Virus record (IMG/VR): IMGVR_UViG_2675903289_000008
Strand: one strand, 5' to 3'
Source of the DNA: a virus
Lineage: Duplodnaviria; Heunggongvirae; Uroviricota; Caudoviricetes
Length of the DNA: 19,969 bases
A program made the translations under genes and the position numbers. Below the pieces are notes generated by a model, which saw only the letters and a list, made by a program, of their open reading frames with translations, was not told where the DNA came from and searched no databases. Below are positions 17,837 to 19,969 of this stretch, in pieces; the first letter of the stretch is position 1; each line of letters begins with the position of its first letter.

Positions 17837-18231
17837 NNNNNNNNNNNNNNNNNNNNNNNNNNNNNNNNNNNNNNNNNNNNNNNNNNNNNNNNNNNNNNNN
17901 NNNNNNNNNNNNNNNNNNNNNNNNNNNNNNNNNNNNNNNNNNNNNNNNNNNNNNNNNNNNNNNNNNNNNNNNNNNNNNNNNNNNNNNNNNNNNNNNNNNN
18001 NNNNNNNNNNNNNNNNNNNNNNNNNNNNNNNNNNNNNNNNNNNNNNNNNNNNNNNNNNNNNNNNNNNNNNNNNNNNNNNNNNNNNNNNNNNNNNNNNNNN
18101 NNNNNNNNNNNNNNNNNNNNNNNNNNNNNNNNNNNNNNNNNNNNNNNNNNNNNNNNNNNNNNNNNNNNNNNNNNNNNNNNNNNNNNNNNNNNNNNNNNNN
18201 NNNNNNNNNNNNNNNNNNNNNNNNNNNNNNN

Positions 18232-18556
18232 CACAGCCGGAGATACGGGGGTGTATCACCATGAGGGGCACCGGATACGGTTAACAAAGGATGGCCGCAT
18301 TATTGTGACATGCAAAATGCTGGAGATTTACGCCGACGAGGGGATGCGGGTGGATACGCCGGAAGCCACCTTTACGGGCAATGTGACGGTGGATAAGAAC
18401 CTGCATGTTAAGGGTAATTTCGCGCTTGAGGGTACGGGGAAATCTCAGGGACTGTTCACAATGTCGGATGCCGTTATTGCAGGGATACGGTATTCCGGCC
18501 ATGTGCATCATGATAACGGCGAAGGCAGTAAGACAGGAGTGCCGGAGAATGGCTGA
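18232..18556 (+). CDS. baseplate central spike protein (Mu gp45-like, P2 gpV-like); 5' part masked
   Basis: 108 visible C-terminal codons in the frame ending at 18556; the stop overlaps the next gene start (ATGGCTGA). Confidence 0.55.
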
Positions 18557-18986
18557 TATTGCAATTGTGTGGGATCAGGGATGCGGTTCGCTGCAACTGA
18601 ACGGTGCCGACCTGCTGACGGATGACAGTCTGCTGACGGCCGTTCTGATTTCGCTGTTTACTGACCGCCGGGCGCTGGCATCGGATGAAATCCCTGACGG
18701 TACGCGCGACCGCCGGGGATGGTGGGGAGACAGTTTTCGCCCGCGCCCCATTGGCTCCCGTCTGTGGCTTCTCAGCCGGGAAAAAACGCTGGCCTCGGTG
18801 ATAAGCCGTGCCCGTGCTTACGCGGATGAGGCGCTGGGCTGGCTCAGTCAGGATGGCGTGGCGTCATCCGTGGTCTGTCATGCAGAACGTGTGGGACACG
18901 CGCGGCTGGCGCTTTCGGTGCGCATAACCCTGCCTGATGGTTCAGTGAGGCCCATGATTTTTTATGCTGATCTTAAGGGGGAGTAA
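18549..18986 (+). CDS. baseplate wedge protein (Mu gp46-like; P2 gpW / T4 gp25-like)
   Basis: 145-aa ORF from ATG 18549 (MADIAIVWDQ...); motif LLTDDSLLTAVLISLFTDRRA typical of gpW/gp25-like proteins; the ORF track's 18405 start is an upstream extension without support. Confidence 0.75.
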   Translation: MADIAIVWDQGCGSLQLNGADLLTDDSLLTAVLISLFTDRRALASDEIPDGTRDRRGWWGDSFRPRPIGSRLWLLSREKTLASVISRARAYADEALGWLSQDGVASSVVCHAERVGHARLALSVRITLPDGSVRPMIFYADLKGE

Positions 18987-19969
18987 TGCCTTATCAGCCT
19001 TTACCGCTGGCACAGTTAATCACGCAGACACAGCAGGATATCAGCCAGCGCCTGCCCGGCTCGCAGCCGGGTGTGAATGAAACCACCCTGAATGCCATTG
19101 CTTACGCTCAGGCAGGGTTATCTGCTCAGGAGCATGAGCATCTGGCCTGGATTGCGCGTCAGATCATCCCGACCGAAGCCGATGAAGCCGAACTGCTGAA
19201 ACACTGTGCATTCTGGGGCGTCATGCGTAAGCCTGCCTCTCGGGGGGACGGGCCGGTTCAGCTGATGCTGACCACGGATGCGGGGATCAAGGAAGGTGTG
19301 CTTCTCCAGCGAAGTGATGGCGTGGTTTACCGTATCACCACCTCCCTGACCGGTAAGGCCGGTACGCTGAATGTCAGTGTGGAAGCCGAAAGTGCCGGTC
19401 GTGCGGGGAATGCCCCGGCAGGGACAAAACTGACATTTATCACACCGCAGGCGGGGATCAACCAGACGGCCACGGTGACCGGAACGGGGATCACCGGTGG
19501 TGCGGATGTGGAAACCGTGCCGGAGCTGCTTTCCCGTCTGGTTTTCCGGGTGCAGAATCCACCGTCCGGCGGCACGCAGTATGATTTTGAACGCTGGGCG
19601 CGTGAAGTGCCGGGCGTGACGCGGGCATGGTGCCGCCCGGAATGGCCGCAGGCGGGCAGCGTGGGGGTAACGTTTGTTCAGGATAATAACCCGGACATTT
19701 TCCCCGGTGACGGTGATGTTCAGCGGGTGGCGGATTATNNNNNNNNNNNNNNNNNNNNNNNNNNNNNNNNNNNNNNNNNNNNNNNNNNNNNNNNNNNNNN
19801 NNNNNNNNNNNNNNNNNNNNNNNNNNNNNNNNNNNNNNNNNNNNNNNNNNNNNNNNNNNNNNNNNNNNNNNNNNNNNNNNNNNNNNNNNNNNNNNNNNNN
19901 NNNNNNNNNNNNNNNNNNNNNNNNNNNNNNNNNNNNNNNNNNNNNNNNNNNNTCTGGTTCTGCCGTCGT
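18986..19969 (+). CDS. baseplate J-like protein (Mu gp47-like; P2 gpJ / T4 gp6-like), 3'-partial
   Basis: ATG 18986 overlaps the preceding stop (TAATG) after AAGGGGGAG; frame open to the window end, so absent from the ORF track; sequence (…YDFERWAREVPGVTRAW…) fits baseplate J proteins. Confidence 0.8.
   Translation, partial: MPYQPLPLAQLITQTQQDISQRLPGSQPGVNETTLNAIAYAQAGLSAQEHEHLAWIARQIIPTEADEAELLKHCAFWGVMRKPASRGDGPVQLMLTTDAGIKEGVLLQRSDGVVYRITTSLTGKAGTLNVSVEAESAGRAGNAPAGTKLTFITPQAGINQTATVTGTGITGGADVETVPELLSRLVFRVQNPPSGGTQYDFERWAREVPGVTRAWCRPEWPQAGSVGVTFVQDNNPDIFPGDGDVQRVADYXXXXXXXXXXXXXXXXXXXXXXXXXXXXXXXXXXXXXXXXXXXXXXXXXXXXXXXXXXXXXXXXXXXXXXXXWFCRR

Larger units (their letters stand above)
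1..19969 (+). mobile_element. Mu-like prophage, late (head, tail, baseplate) region; partial at both window ends
   Basis: Colinear order of terminase small/large, portal, MuF, G, I, T, gp36/gp37-like, sheath, tube, chaperones, tape measure, N-like, hub, spike, wedge and J-like genes, all on + strand with overlapping start/stop codons. Assignments rest on recalled family resemblance, not a search. Confidence 0.85.

Noticed and set aside
15340-18264. 974-aa ORF in the six-frame track, as a single giant tail protein
   Set aside because: It exists only because N-runs translate as X without stops. The visible segments correspond to at least two separate proteins (N-like and hub), and its final stretch after the last mask (HSRRYGGVSP) is not protein-like.
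18405-18548. Upstream extension of the wedge gene from the track start at 18405
   Set aside because: It overlaps the spike gene C-terminus out of frame. ATG 18549 gives an N-terminus (MADIAIVWDQ) typical of gpW/gp25-like proteins and overlaps the preceding stop.
1-19969. CRISPR arrays, rRNA genes, integrase or transposase genes
   Set aside because: No regularly spaced direct repeats, no rRNA-like sequence and no recombinase-like ORF in the visible sequence; the N-runs are masked sequence, not repeats.

Overview
The window is a contiguous, same-strand (+) late morphogenesis module of a Mu-like (transposable-phage family) prophage, read from protein-level resemblance and gene order only; no search was run. 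Order: two small upstream ORFs, small terminase (Mu gp27-like), an 82-aa ORF, large terminase, portal, MuF-like head protein, virion morphogenesis G-like, protease/scaffold I-like, major head T-like, three head-tail junction proteins, sheath, tube, frameshift-type tail chaperone pair, tape measure, DNA-circularization N-like, then baseplate hub, spike, wedge and a J-like protein running off the 3' end. Genes are tightly coupled by 1-17 nt start/stop overlaps. Eleven N-runs (about 3.5 kb) hide the boundaries of several tail and baseplate genes. I see no defence or cargo island in the visible sequence. The most interesting points are an 82-aa ORF that copies the small-terminase C-terminal tail at protein but not nucleotide level, a tRNA-like element on the minus strand between F and G, the long G-I intergenic gap at the position of the Mu strong gyrase site, a G5 run fitting a -2 chaperone frameshift, and frame breaks in the tube and tape-measure genes.
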